From Polyangiaceae bacterium (GTDB lineage: Bacteria; Myxococcota_A; Polyangia; Polyangiales; Polyangiaceae): a stretch of 64,000 nt of DNA. Shown here in pieces: positions 10,441 through 20,271 of this stretch (the stretch's first letter is position 1; every line of letters starts with the position of its first letter). The notes beneath the pieces were generated by a model, which searched no databases, was not told the origin of the DNA, and was given only the letters and a program-made list of their open reading frames with translations. Where the stretch lies: the NCBI GenBank assembly GCA_965222375.1, contig CBDCTZ010000016.1:288001-352000 (forward strand), written 5' to 3'. Position numbers and translations under genes: made by a program.

Positions 10441-11979
10441 CTAGAACGGGTAGTCCGTCACCAGATTGCCGGGTTTCTGTGGCTTCGGGCCCGGCCTAGG
10501 CCCTCCGCTGGCCGGCTTTGGCTTGGGGGTGCTCGCGGAAGGCGCTGGCTTTGGCTTGTCCGTCAATGGGATGACGACGCTCCGATCCTTGTCGGGCACG
10601 ACTTTGAGTTCTGCGGGGGCCTTGCCCTCGGCAGTCACCCGGATGGATACGGGCGTGGCGCTTCGCAGTATTTCGGTTCGCGCGGGGTTCCCCGTCGCAC
10701 GCTTGCCGTCGATTTCGATGATCGCGTCCATGGGCGGTTGCACCGTGACTTCGATGCTCACGGACGTGGCAATTGGAGCTGCAGTCGCCGCCGATGGCAT
10801 GGGCTCCGGCGCCGGCGCTTGGGGGCGCGTCAGGGCCCAGGTCGTGACTCCAGCCAAAACGACGACTGCTGCGATGCCCGCTGTGACCAATCTGCGTTTC
10901 GCGCCGCTCGCGGCCATGGTTGACGTGTCGTCTCCTGCGAGCGCTACCGCCCCGTCATCGGAATCTTCCGCGTCACGCAGCTTCTCGATGGCCTCGTTCT
11001 GCCGTTTGCGATCAGCCTCGAAGGTTTGGCGCAGGAGCACACTAAGCTTCTCCCTCAGGTCGACGTTGGGTGCTGCCCTGCGCAGGAAGGCGTCTAGGTC
11101 GTCCCGAAAGGGCGCGCCGCTCGGGTATCGCACTTCAGGCTTGCTCGCGAGGGCACGCTTCAGGCACAGCGCGAGTTCCGTCGGGAAGTCTGGAATGCGC
11201 GTCCGCGGGTCGGGTACGTCCTCGAACAAGAGCTGGTGCAGTGTGTCCGTGTCGTCTTTTCCTGCGAAGAGCCGAGCTCCAATGGCGCACTCGTAGAGGG
11301 TGGCGCCGAGTGCGAATAGGTCGACGCGATGGTCGAACTCGGAGCCCAAGACTTGCTCCGGCGCCATGTAGCTGAACTTGCCCTTGATCTTGCCCAGGGT
11401 GGTCTGAGCCAAGCGACCCGCAGCGCGCGCGATGCCGAAGTCGATGATCTTCACCGCGCCATCGTAGGTGATGAAGATGTTCTGAGGGCTGATGTCTCGG
11501 TGCACGAGCCCCACCGGTTTTCCTTCGTCATCCTTCAAGTCGTGTGCATACGCCAAGCCGTCTGCTACTTGGGAGCCCACCCACGCGACAATCTCCGGTG
11601 GGAGCCGCTTGCCTTCGTCTGCAAGGCGATACACGAGCTTGGACAAGGGTTGACCGTCCAGGTACTCGATAGCCAAGAACAGCGTATGGCCCTCGCGGCC
11701 GAGCTCGTGCACTTGCACGATATTCGAATGGTTGAGGCGAACGAGCAGGTTGGCCTCGTCGAGGAACTGACTGATGAACTCGCGCTCCTCGGAGAGATGA
11801 TCATGAACGACCTTCAGGGCGACCAAGCGCTCGAAGCTATGGGGTCCGGCTAGCCGGGCCAGATACACGGAGGCCGTCCCGCCCGCCCCCAAGCGCGGTC
11901 CAACCTGATAGCGACCCAGCCGCGTCCCCGCGAGCCTGCGGCGCGCGTTGAAATCGGTGAGGTGCTCCGCCGTGTTCAC
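10441..11979 (-). CDS. membrane-anchored serine/threonine protein kinase
   Basis: LGAGGTASVY, HRDISPQN, DFG, GKFSYMAPE; TM segment and Pro-rich tail. Confidence 0.95.
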   Translation of the reverse strand: MNTAEHLTDFNARRRLAGTRLGRYQVGPRLGAGGTASVYLARLAGPHSFERLVALKVVHDHLSEEREFISQFLDEANLLVRLNHSNIVQVHELGREGHTLFLAIEYLDGQPLSKLVYRLADEGKRLPPEIVAWVGSQVADGLAYAHDLKDDEGKPVGLVHRDISPQNIFITYDGAVKIIDFGIARAAGRLAQTTLGKIKGKFSYMAPEQVLGSEFDHRVDLFALGATLYECAIGARLFAGKDDTDTLHQLLFEDVPDPRTRIPDFPTELALCLKRALASKPEVRYPSGAPFRDDLDAFLRRAAPNVDLREKLSVLLRQTFEADRKRQNEAIEKLRDAEDSDDGAVALAGDDTSTMAASGAKRRLVTAGIAAVVVLAGVTTWALTRPQAPAPEPMPSAATAAPIATSVSIEVTVQPPMDAIIEIDGKRATGNPARTEILRSATPVSIRVTAEGKAPAELKVVPDKDRSVVIPLTDKPKPAPSASTPKPKPASGGPRPGPKPQKPGNLVTDYPF

Positions 11980-11983
11980 AGCT

Positions 11984-12934
11984 CTATCGCACGGGTATTT
12001 TCAGAATCCGCTCTGCCGCCGTGATTTCGTCGGGTGAAAACTCGTGTGCCTCTCGCAGGGCCGCCTTGTAGAAGGCCAGTTTCTGGCGATCGAAGTTCTG
12101 CACCTGAGGACCCATGCTCTCCAGCAGTTGGACGGCCTTGAGGGGCAAAGGTTTTCGGGCGTGAGAAAAAAGCTCCACGGCGAGGGTGGCCCAACTGCCA
12201 TCTTTGCTGATGTCCGTGAGCTTCATCGCGTAGATGCCCGCGGTCTCCAAGGTGTTGGCGGGCACCGTCCGCCCGCGTTGCACTTTGTTCAGTAGATCCC
12301 GCAAGTGATCCCCCAGCAGGCGCACTGCGGCGTCCCCTCGGCCCATGCTGATCATCCGGTCGGCCAAGCGCGCCATGGTGGCCAGGCCATCCATCTTCTC
12401 CGTGCGCAGGGTTTCGTCGGCGTTGTCGTCGAAACTGCCAGCTTCCGGCGAAGCGGCGATCTCGAGGGTCGGAGCCGGCAGCACGACCGGGATGTCCTCT
12501 TCGGTCATTGGTACGCGCGGCTGCGTCGGTTTGGGGGCCGGTGGTGGCGGAGCCGGTGGTTTCGTCTCGCGTTCGGCGACGTGGTCGACCACCTGAACGA
12601 TCAACTCGTTGGTACCGACGATAACGCGATCCCCGTTTTTGAGCGCAATCGCGCCACTGGCTGGTGCCTCGTTGACCAAGACGCCATTCGCGCTCCCGAG
12701 ATCCTCGACAAAAAGCGAATCCCGCGAGACGAAGAAGCGAGCATGTCTGCGGGAAATCAGCATGTCATCGACCACCAAGTCGCAGGAACGGCTGCGTCCG
12801 ACGACGAACTCGCCCCGGGGCATCAGGATTTCGCGGTCTTTTAGACGGAGCACGAAGAAGCGCGACTCCTTCGAATCGCGGGAGGCGCCCCTCTGATGGT
12901 TGTGCTCGGGCCAGGTGACAGGTGTATCTCGCAC
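11984..12934 (-). CDS. FHA domain-containing protein
   Basis: VGRSRSCDL…ISRRHA…DLGSANG FHA signature; start uncertain. Confidence 0.9.
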   Translation of the reverse strand: MRDTPVTWPEHNHQRGASRDSKESRFFVLRLKDREILMPRGEFVVGRSRSCDLVVDDMLISRRHARFFVSRDSLFVEDLGSANGVLVNEAPASGAIALKNGDRVIVGTNELIVQVVDHVAERETKPPAPPPPAPKPTQPRVPMTEEDIPVVLPAPTLEIAASPEAGSFDDNADETLRTEKMDGLATMARLADRMISMGRGDAAVRLLGDHLRDLLNKVQRGRTVPANTLETAGIYAMKLTDISKDGSWATLAVELFSHARKPLPLKAVQLLESMGPQVQNFDRQKLAFYKAALREAHEFSPDEITAAERILKIPVR

Positions 12935-13100
12935 GCACCAAAACTATAGTGTTTTAGAGGCTGCGGGTCGACGTTTTGCGGCTTCTTCAGGGTCTCCTCG
13001 CGATGGCGCCAATGTAGATGATCTGCCTACCTCTCAAGCCTGGGCGGCGATGGTCGTTCCTATGGACAATCCGCCGGGGCAAGGAAGTGGGGCAGGAACG

Positions 13101-14609
13101 ATGACGAAAGATCCGCAGGAAAAGCGCTCTCCGCTGGCCATCATGGCGGCGCGCATCGTCGAGCAGAGCCTGCGCGAGGACGCATCCGTTCAGCAGCTCG
13201 CGCAGCTTGCCACGGCAGATCCGGCCTTTGCCGTGCGCGTGCTTTCCGTCGTGAACAGCGCCGCCCTGGGCGTGCCGCGCGACGTCAGCGATGTGGGACA
13301 GGCGGCCTCCATGTTGGGAGTCCGGGGATTGCGCAACATCGGTCTGTCTCTGGCAGTATCGGACATGGTTCCCCTCGGCAAAGATGGTGACGACCTGCTT
13401 GCGATTTGTCTGCGTAGAGCCGTGGCCGCTCGCATGATCGCTGAGGGGCTAGGTGAGCACTACACGGACGAACATTTCACAGTGGGCCTGTTCTTAGAAG
13501 TTGGTGTGCTGTCCTACGCCCGGGCGGACGTGTCCAGAGCCGGCGACATCGCGCGCCGCCCTGCGGCGTACCGCACGCTCTTCGAGCGCGCAGAGGAGCT
13601 GGACCCGCATGATGTTGCCGGCGCCACCATCGCCGCCGAATTCCACTTGCCCAAGTCCACGATTGCGGCGATTCGCCATCATCACGATACAGGGTGCCCG
13701 AAAGATCGCACCGCCCAGATTGCCTGGGCGGCCGAGCGCTTTGCCGGCGCCTTCGAAGGTGGCGACGTCGTCAGCTCCCGCGCCCAGGCGGAGCAAGCCG
13801 CGGTCCGCGTCGGACTCTCTGCCGTGGATGCGGATGCCATCCTCCACGCAATTCCCGAGCAACTGATTTCGGCCGCGCACGGCTTTAATCGCGAGGTCGG
13901 GCCGCAACCGGATTTGGACGTCTTGGCGGCAGATGCTCAACGCTCCTTGTTCGAGTTGAACATGCAATACGAAGGCGTGGTGCGGCGCCTCGAGGTGTTG
14001 ATCGTCGAAAAGGAGAAACTGACTTCCGAGCTGGAAGCCGCCAATGAGAAGCTACAGGCACTAGCGATCACGGATGGCCTCACTGGCATGCTCAACAAGC
14101 GGGCCTTCGAAGACGCGCTGACTCGTGACCTTGCCCGCGCAGAACGGGAAGGCAGCCATCTCAGTCTGATTGTCGTCGACGTCGACCACTTCAAGAAGTT
14201 CAACGACACCTATGGTCATCAGACCGGCGACGACGTGCTCAAAGTGGTGGCGAAGGTACTGAAGGAGAAGGTCCGGACCGGGGATGTGCCGGCGCGCTAC
14301 GGCGGCGAAGAGTTCGTCGTGCTTTTGCCCGCCACGGAGCCCGACGGAGCCGGCGTGGTCGCCGAGCGGCTGAGGCAGGCCTTGGAATCTGAACTCATCC
14401 CGTCCGAGCAGGGCGACCTGCGAGTCACGGCGAGCTTCGGGGTTGCTACATTGCGCCAACCGGGCACTCGCGACGGAGCGCGCCTATTTGCCCTGGCGGA
14501 CGAGGCTCTATACGCGGCGAAACGCGCAGGGCGCAATCGGGTGAAACTGAACGTCCCGGACGAGGCGGTCGAAGCCACAGCGTCGGCACCCATGGCGGTC
14601 ACTGGCTGA
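13101..14609 (+). CDS. HDOD-GGDEF diguanylate cyclase
   Basis: HDOD N-terminus (DPAFAVRVLSVVNS, IRHHH); D-D-FKKFNDTYGH, RTGD I-site, RYGGEEF. Confidence 0.92.
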   Translation: MTKDPQEKRSPLAIMAARIVEQSLREDASVQQLAQLATADPAFAVRVLSVVNSAALGVPRDVSDVGQAASMLGVRGLRNIGLSLAVSDMVPLGKDGDDLLAICLRRAVAARMIAEGLGEHYTDEHFTVGLFLEVGVLSYARADVSRAGDIARRPAAYRTLFERAEELDPHDVAGATIAAEFHLPKSTIAAIRHHHDTGCPKDRTAQIAWAAERFAGAFEGGDVVSSRAQAEQAAVRVGLSAVDADAILHAIPEQLISAAHGFNREVGPQPDLDVLAADAQRSLFELNMQYEGVVRRLEVLIVEKEKLTSELEAANEKLQALAITDGLTGMLNKRAFEDALTRDLARAEREGSHLSLIVVDVDHFKKFNDTYGHQTGDDVLKVVAKVLKEKVRTGDVPARYGGEEFVVLLPATEPDGAGVVAERLRQALESELIPSEQGDLRVTASFGVATLRQPGTRDGARLFALADEALYAAKRAGRNRVKLNVPDEAVEATASAPMAVTG

Positions 14610-14717
14610 ATTGCCATGGCGGCAGCGCCGTTCCAGGGGAATGCTCAGCGAAAACTGCGCTTGCAATAGTAGTGCACACGCCGGGCGGCAGCCGCTATCG
14701 TCGCGCCGAACTGCCCC

Positions 14718-16928
14718 ATGAGAGCGACGGACCGCATTGATCCAGAAATGACCGGAGACGCCGATGCCCGGGCGCGACTGGCGAGGGGTGAACTCCACGA
14801 TCCCCACGGCCTTTTGGGCGCTCACGTCTACGAGTCGCCCGGTGTCCGCGGCGTCGTCGTGCGCGCATTCCACCCGGAGGCCACTGAGGCCCGCTGTCTC
14901 GTCGGGGGCGAGCCGCAGCCGATGCACGGTGCTGGCCGAGGATTGTTTCTCGCGTTCTTCGAGAACGCGAAGTTGCCGTTCCCTCATGACATCCGCTTCG
15001 TATTCTGCGATGGCACGACCTGGCAATGCCAAGATCGCTACCGTTTTCTCCCAAGCGTGGGAGATACGGATCTGCACCTCTTTAACGAAGGGAATCACCG
15101 TGAGCTGTGGCGGTGCATGGGCGCAAATGCTCGCGAGCTAGACGGTGTGAAAGGCACGGCGTTTGCTGTTTGGGCTCCGAGTGCGAAGAGCGTCAGCGTC
15201 ATCGGGGACTTCAATGGCTGGGATGGGCGCCTGCATCCGATGCGGAGTTTGGGTTCCTCAGGGGTGTGGGAGCTGTTCGTTCCCGAGGTCGCTGCGGGGG
15301 CCCACTACAAGTTCGAAGTTCGCACCGGCTCGAATGCAGTGCTGCAAAAGGCGGATCCCTATGCCAAGCAGATGGAGGTGCCGCCGAAAACGGCCAGCGT
15401 CGTCGTGGCATCCGGATACAGCTGGGGCGACGACGCCTGGATGCGACGGCGCAGCCAGCTCGATCCTCGGCGACAGCCCATGACTGCCTACGAGATCCAC
15501 ACTGGGTCGTGGCGCCGTGTGCCGGAAGCAGGCAATAGATCCTTGCACTATCGTGAACTGGCCACCCAGCTGGTCGAGCACGTCCAGGCGCTGGGTTGCA
15601 CCCATGTGGAGCTGATGCCCGTGGCGGAGCATCCCTTTTTTGGCTCCTGGGGCTATCAGGTTTCCGGCTACTTCGCCCCCTCTGCGCGTTACGGGGATGC
15701 GGACGACTTCCGCTTTTTCGTAGACGCGCTGCACCAAGCGGGCATCGGCGTGATCTTGGACTGGGTCCCCGCGCACTTTCCTAAGGATGAATTCGCCTTG
15801 GCTCGATTCGATGGGACCTGTCTATACGAACATGAAGACGCGCGCCGGGGAGAGCATCCGGATTGGGGCACGCTGATCTTCAACTACGGTCGCAGCGAAG
15901 TGCGCTCGTTCTTGCTGGCGAATGCTCTATATTGGCTCAAGGAGTTTCACATCGATGCTTTGCGTGTGGATGCCGTCGCCTCGATGCTCTACCTCGACTA
16001 CAGCCGCGAAGACGGGCAATGGGTGCCGAATCAATACGGTGGGCGCGAGAACATCGACGCCATCGATCTGATCAAAACCGTGAACCACATCATCACAGAA
16101 GAGGCGCCCGGCGCGTTCACCATCGCGGAAGAGTCTACGGCTTGGGGCGGAGTGACCAAGCCCGCCGTGGACGGTGGGTTGGGTTTCACCTTCAAGTGGA
16201 ACATGGGCTGGATGCACGACACGTTGAAGTACTTCGAAAAGGAGCCCATTCACCGCACCCACCATCAGGACCAGCTCACGTTTTCAATGATCTACGAGTA
16301 TCACGAGTGTTTCGTGAACTCTCTTTCCCACGACGAGGTCGTTCACGGAAAGGGATCGCTCTATTCGAAGATGCCTGGGGACAAGTGGCAGAAGCTTGCG
16401 AACCTCCGTGCGCTGGCGGCCTATCAGTACACCCGACCCGGCAAGCAGCTCATCTTCATGGGCCAAGAGATTGCGCAAGAGTCCGAGTGGAATCACGATG
16501 GCAGTGTCGACTGGCACCTGCTTTCAGATGCGGACCGGCAGAAGTACTTCGAGTATATGAAGGCTTTGGGTCATATGTATCGCGAGACGCCCGCCCTGTG
16601 GCGAGATGACCCGGACCCAGCGAGCTTCGAGTGGATCGACGCCGCCGATCACGCCAGCTCCGTGCTTTCGTACCTGCGTCGCTCTGGCGACGATGTTGCC
16701 GCCGTCGTACTGAACCTGACGCCCGTGCCCCGAGATGGCTACCGCATCGGAGCGCCCGGAGGCGGGACCTGGCGGGTGCTGCTCAACACCGATGATGCAA
16801 CCTGGGGTGGCGGTGGTTACTACGCCGCCAAGAGCGTCGAAGCAGAGCCCGTCGAGCAGCACGGTCGCGCGCACTCCTGGGAGCTGTCGCTACCGCCGCT
16901 GGCGGCCTTGGTGCTCGTTCCTAGCTGA
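14718..16928 (+). CDS. glgB: 1,4-alpha-glucan branching enzyme
   Basis: FAVWAP, HTGSWRR, SWGYQ, DWVPAHFP, RVDAVASMLY, AEEST, SHDEVVHGK. Confidence 0.97.
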   Translation: MRATDRIDPEMTGDADARARLARGELHDPHGLLGAHVYESPGVRGVVVRAFHPEATEARCLVGGEPQPMHGAGRGLFLAFFENAKLPFPHDIRFVFCDGTTWQCQDRYRFLPSVGDTDLHLFNEGNHRELWRCMGANARELDGVKGTAFAVWAPSAKSVSVIGDFNGWDGRLHPMRSLGSSGVWELFVPEVAAGAHYKFEVRTGSNAVLQKADPYAKQMEVPPKTASVVVASGYSWGDDAWMRRRSQLDPRRQPMTAYEIHTGSWRRVPEAGNRSLHYRELATQLVEHVQALGCTHVELMPVAEHPFFGSWGYQVSGYFAPSARYGDADDFRFFVDALHQAGIGVILDWVPAHFPKDEFALARFDGTCLYEHEDARRGEHPDWGTLIFNYGRSEVRSFLLANALYWLKEFHIDALRVDAVASMLYLDYSREDGQWVPNQYGGRENIDAIDLIKTVNHIITEEAPGAFTIAEESTAWGGVTKPAVDGGLGFTFKWNMGWMHDTLKYFEKEPIHRTHHQDQLTFSMIYEYHECFVNSLSHDEVVHGKGSLYSKMPGDKWQKLANLRALAAYQYTRPGKQLIFMGQEIAQESEWNHDGSVDWHLLSDADRQKYFEYMKALGHMYRETPALWRDDPDPASFEWIDAADHASSVLSYLRRSGDDVAAVVLNLTPVPRDGYRIGAPGGGTWRVLLNTDDATWGGGGYYAAKSVEAEPVEQHGRAHSWELSLPPLAALVLVPS

Positions 16929-16992
16929 TCTGGAAAGGAGCTCAGACCAGCCCGGCGCTGCGACGACACCGCCGCGGAGTTCTGGCATTGTC

Positions 16993-19089
16993 GTGCGCGT
17001 GGCCCGCGCGCTCCTCGTACTGTGGTTGGTCATTGTGTCATGCTTGGCATGGCTCGGCACCGCGCGGGCCGAAGCGCCCATCTCATCCGTAGATCCTCCC
17101 GCCGAGATACTGGGCGACTGGGCGGTCGCTGGCGGAGACGACCTGAAGTTTGCAGATCCGGAGTTCGACGACTCGGCTTGGGAGAGGCGCGAGCTATCCG
17201 GGACGTTGGACAAGGCGATTGCGCTTCAGCGCGTCGTGTGGTTCCGCAAACACGTCGCCTTTTCGCCGGGCGCTGTAGCGCAGGCAGCCAACGGAGAAAT
17301 GGCGCTATCCCTTGGTGTTGCCAGCTGCAACTACGAGTTGTTTATAGACGGAACGCGCATTGGGGCGTGGGGCAGCATGGATGCAGAGGCGCCCATCCGT
17401 CTTCGCCGCCCCGTCGCGCTGCGTGTGTCTTCGGAGGCAGCCGCGGACGGCGAGCTGCTCGTTGCCGTTCGCACGACCTTGCCGGAGAAGCAGAGAATTC
17501 ACGCTCAGCGTTTTCAATCGAGCCTACGCCTGTTTGGCCAAGCCAGCGCCGTCGAATCCCAAGCGCAGCTGGAGGTGACGCGCACGCACCCCCGGCTTTT
17601 TCTGATCTTCTCGACCTCCTTGGCGTGGATGGTTTGTACCATCTTCTTTTTTCAGCTGTGGTGGCGTCGTCGAGAGCGGCGCGCAGATCTGTGGTTTGCG
17701 CTTACTTCAAGTTGTTTCCTGGTGTCGTCCACCAGCGCGGGTTTGTCGGACTACGTAGAGACCGCCTACTTGCCTTGGGGTTGGGAGGGGGTCCCGATGA
17801 TCTTCAGCCTCGGTTTGGCTGCGATCCTCGAAATGAGCTGGGAGTTCCTCCGGCGCGGCAAGGCGCCCTGGTTCTGGCGAGCGCTGCAGATCAGCCTGTG
17901 GCTTGCCAGCGCTGCCGTACTGTTTCGGGTTTCCCTGGGTCGGGATCTGGTTGGGGGATTCCGAGTTGTCGTCTTGCTGGCCGCTTTGCTCGCGATCGTG
18001 TGTCTCACGACCTACGAGGTCTTCCGAGGCAACCGGGATGCGCGGACTGTCGGGATTGGTTGGATCTTGGCCGCCGTCGTCGCCGCCTACGAGCCCATAG
18101 CTGACACCTTGCGTTGGCCGCCCTTCCCGAGCACCAACGCGGCTGCGGTCATCTTGATTCTCGCGACGGCCTATGCGCTGCTGGTCCAATTCATTCGCTC
18201 GATGGACGAGCTGGACTTCACGAACCGCGCCATCCGTCGTTTCGTTCCCTTCGAGTTCCTCGACCTCCTGGACAAACCCTCGGTGCGAGACATCCGCGTC
18301 GGGGATCAAGTGGAGCTCGAGTTGACGGTCTTGTTCTGCGACATCCGTTCTTTCACGTCACTGTCGGAATGCTTGACACCCGAAGAGACCATTCAGCTCG
18401 TCAATGACTTTTTGGCCCAGGTGGAGCCTCGCATTCACAGGCAAGGTGGCTTCATCAACACGTACACTGGCGATGGCCTGATGGCTCTCTTTCACACAGA
18501 CGTCGACAAGGCGCTGCGCGGTGGCATCGAGATGTTCAGCGCTCTCGAGCGTTGGAACGCCGAGCGCGCCAGGAATGGGAAACCAGAAGTGGCCATTGGA
18601 GTTGGTCTGCACACGGGCAAGGTCATGCTGGGGACACTAGGTAGCGGCGACCGGCTCGACACCAACGTCATCGGTGACAGCGTCAACCTCGCGGCGCGAG
18701 TCGAAGGAATGACGAAGCTCTATGGCGCGCCACTGCTCGTGACCGAGGCCCTGGTGCAACGCCTCGCGAAGCCGGACGCTGTGTTGCTTCGCGAAGTCGA
18801 TCGGGTAGTAGCCAAGGGCAAGCAGGAGGCCGTCGTTATCTACGAAGTCCTCGATGCGCAGTCGGAGGCGGTTCGTCGGCGCAAGCGGCAAACGTTGGAG
18901 CAATTCTCTGCTGGCCTCGCGGACTATCGGAACGGCGAGTTCAAGGAAGCACTCCGTGTATTCCGGCAGACTCTCCAGGCGTGTCCAGGGGACCAGGCCG
19001 CCGCTCTCTACATCGAGCGCTGCGAACGGCTGGGGGTGGCCTCCCCAGCGAACTGGGATGGAGTGACACGCTTGGATACCAAGGGATGA
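16993..19089 (+). CDS. membrane-bound class III adenylate/guanylate cyclase (extracellular sugar-binding-like domain, 7TM-DISM-like region, C-terminal TPR)
   Basis: LFCDIRSFT, GDGLMALF, GVGLHTG, IGDSVNLAARVE; multiple TM segments. Confidence 0.9.
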   Translation: MRVARALLVLWLVIVSCLAWLGTARAEAPISSVDPPAEILGDWAVAGGDDLKFADPEFDDSAWERRELSGTLDKAIALQRVVWFRKHVAFSPGAVAQAANGEMALSLGVASCNYELFIDGTRIGAWGSMDAEAPIRLRRPVALRVSSEAAADGELLVAVRTTLPEKQRIHAQRFQSSLRLFGQASAVESQAQLEVTRTHPRLFLIFSTSLAWMVCTIFFFQLWWRRRERRADLWFALTSSCFLVSSTSAGLSDYVETAYLPWGWEGVPMIFSLGLAAILEMSWEFLRRGKAPWFWRALQISLWLASAAVLFRVSLGRDLVGGFRVVVLLAALLAIVCLTTYEVFRGNRDARTVGIGWILAAVVAAYEPIADTLRWPPFPSTNAAAVILILATAYALLVQFIRSMDELDFTNRAIRRFVPFEFLDLLDKPSVRDIRVGDQVELELTVLFCDIRSFTSLSECLTPEETIQLVNDFLAQVEPRIHRQGGFINTYTGDGLMALFHTDVDKALRGGIEMFSALERWNAERARNGKPEVAIGVGLHTGKVMLGTLGSGDRLDTNVIGDSVNLAARVEGMTKLYGAPLLVTEALVQRLAKPDAVLLREVDRVVAKGKQEAVVIYEVLDAQSEAVRRRKRQTLEQFSAGLADYRNGEFKEALRVFRQTLQACPGDQAAALYIERCERLGVASPANWDGVTRLDTKG

Positions 19090-19104
19090 GCTCGAGTGAC
19101 GGGG

Positions 19105-20182
19105 TCACGGCGCCGGAAGACGAGTCTTGCGGAGTTGATACTCGTTGCCCGCCGCCTGGCGTCGCTTGAGCCAGTATGCGAAATGATCGTCCACCACGAT
19201 GTGCTCTACATACGGCTGCTGGCTCGCAACCGTGGCGATGTCGCCTTTCGAATTGGCACGTTTCAACATGCCGCCACTCGTGGTTACCCAGTAGACGGAG
19301 CCGTCTCGGACGGCCAAACCGTCCAAGGGCTCCGGGGTCGGTTCGAGCTTGATCGGGGTTTCCCCCGCCGAGCGGCACACCGAGGACTTGTTGTGAGGCA
19401 GTGAGGAAAACCGATGAGTTGCCCAAACGCAGCTTCGGGTCGGCTCTCCACCCTGTGGTGGCCGAACCGTTGGCCAGCTCTTTGGGTACGCAACCCACCT
19501 TCTTTGCACACGAGAACAGCGCCTGATCCGTGGCCAAGTAGACAGCGGAATCGTCGACTGCCAACGCCCACAGACCGGGCAAATTCGATGCGATCGTCTC
19601 TGTGGGTCCTGACGTCTTTGACACACGCTCGACCGTCCCTTGGTTTGTATTGGTCCAATACACGTGCTGGGCGTCGATGGCGACGTCGACGGGACCTGCC
19701 GGACCGCTGGCGAAAAGCGCCGTGTGAAGCTCGCTCCCATCCTTCTTTGCACGGTAGACGAGGCCATGGTTCTTCACCGCGAAGTAGATGTCGGTCGCAT
19801 CCACCGCGCAGCCCTCGAGCGTTGATCCTGGGCCCAGGTCGGCAATGCTTTGCGTTCCGGTACTGCGATCCTTTGGGATGCGCCGCACCTTGGTCGACTC
19901 CGTCCAGTACAAGTATTCGTCGTCCTGAGACAAGAAGTCCGCCGCCGCCTCGTTTGGGGCGAGCTCGCATACGCCGCTCGTGCACTCGCCCCCGCCGCAC
20001 CAGGACGGACATCCTCCGACTCCCCCTGAGCCGGCGCTGCCAGCTTGGCCCCCGCCCATGCCTGACGCACCACCCGTGGCTTGGCCACCCGCTCCTCCGC
20101 TTTGGCTATGGGAGGACTTGGAAGAGCAACCCGCAACGACTAGCAGTGTCGTCAGCATCAGACACTCCAGCGCGCGGGACAT
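19105..20182 (-). pseudogene. beta-propeller (YWT-repeat) lipoprotein with a frameshift in a G-run near 19362-19366
   Basis: VVAGC lipobox and repeated xDxxxxYWT blades; reading continues in the 19105..19767 frame (ETPIKLEPTPEPLDGLAVRDGSVYWVT…) after removing one G. Confidence 0.7.
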
Positions 20183-20271
20183 CCCCGCAGGATGCCAATC
20201 CTCGCCGGTGGGCACACTGTCGTCGGCCCAGATTTGCGGCTCATGGGTGTTCTGCCGCGGTGCTCTGGTCT

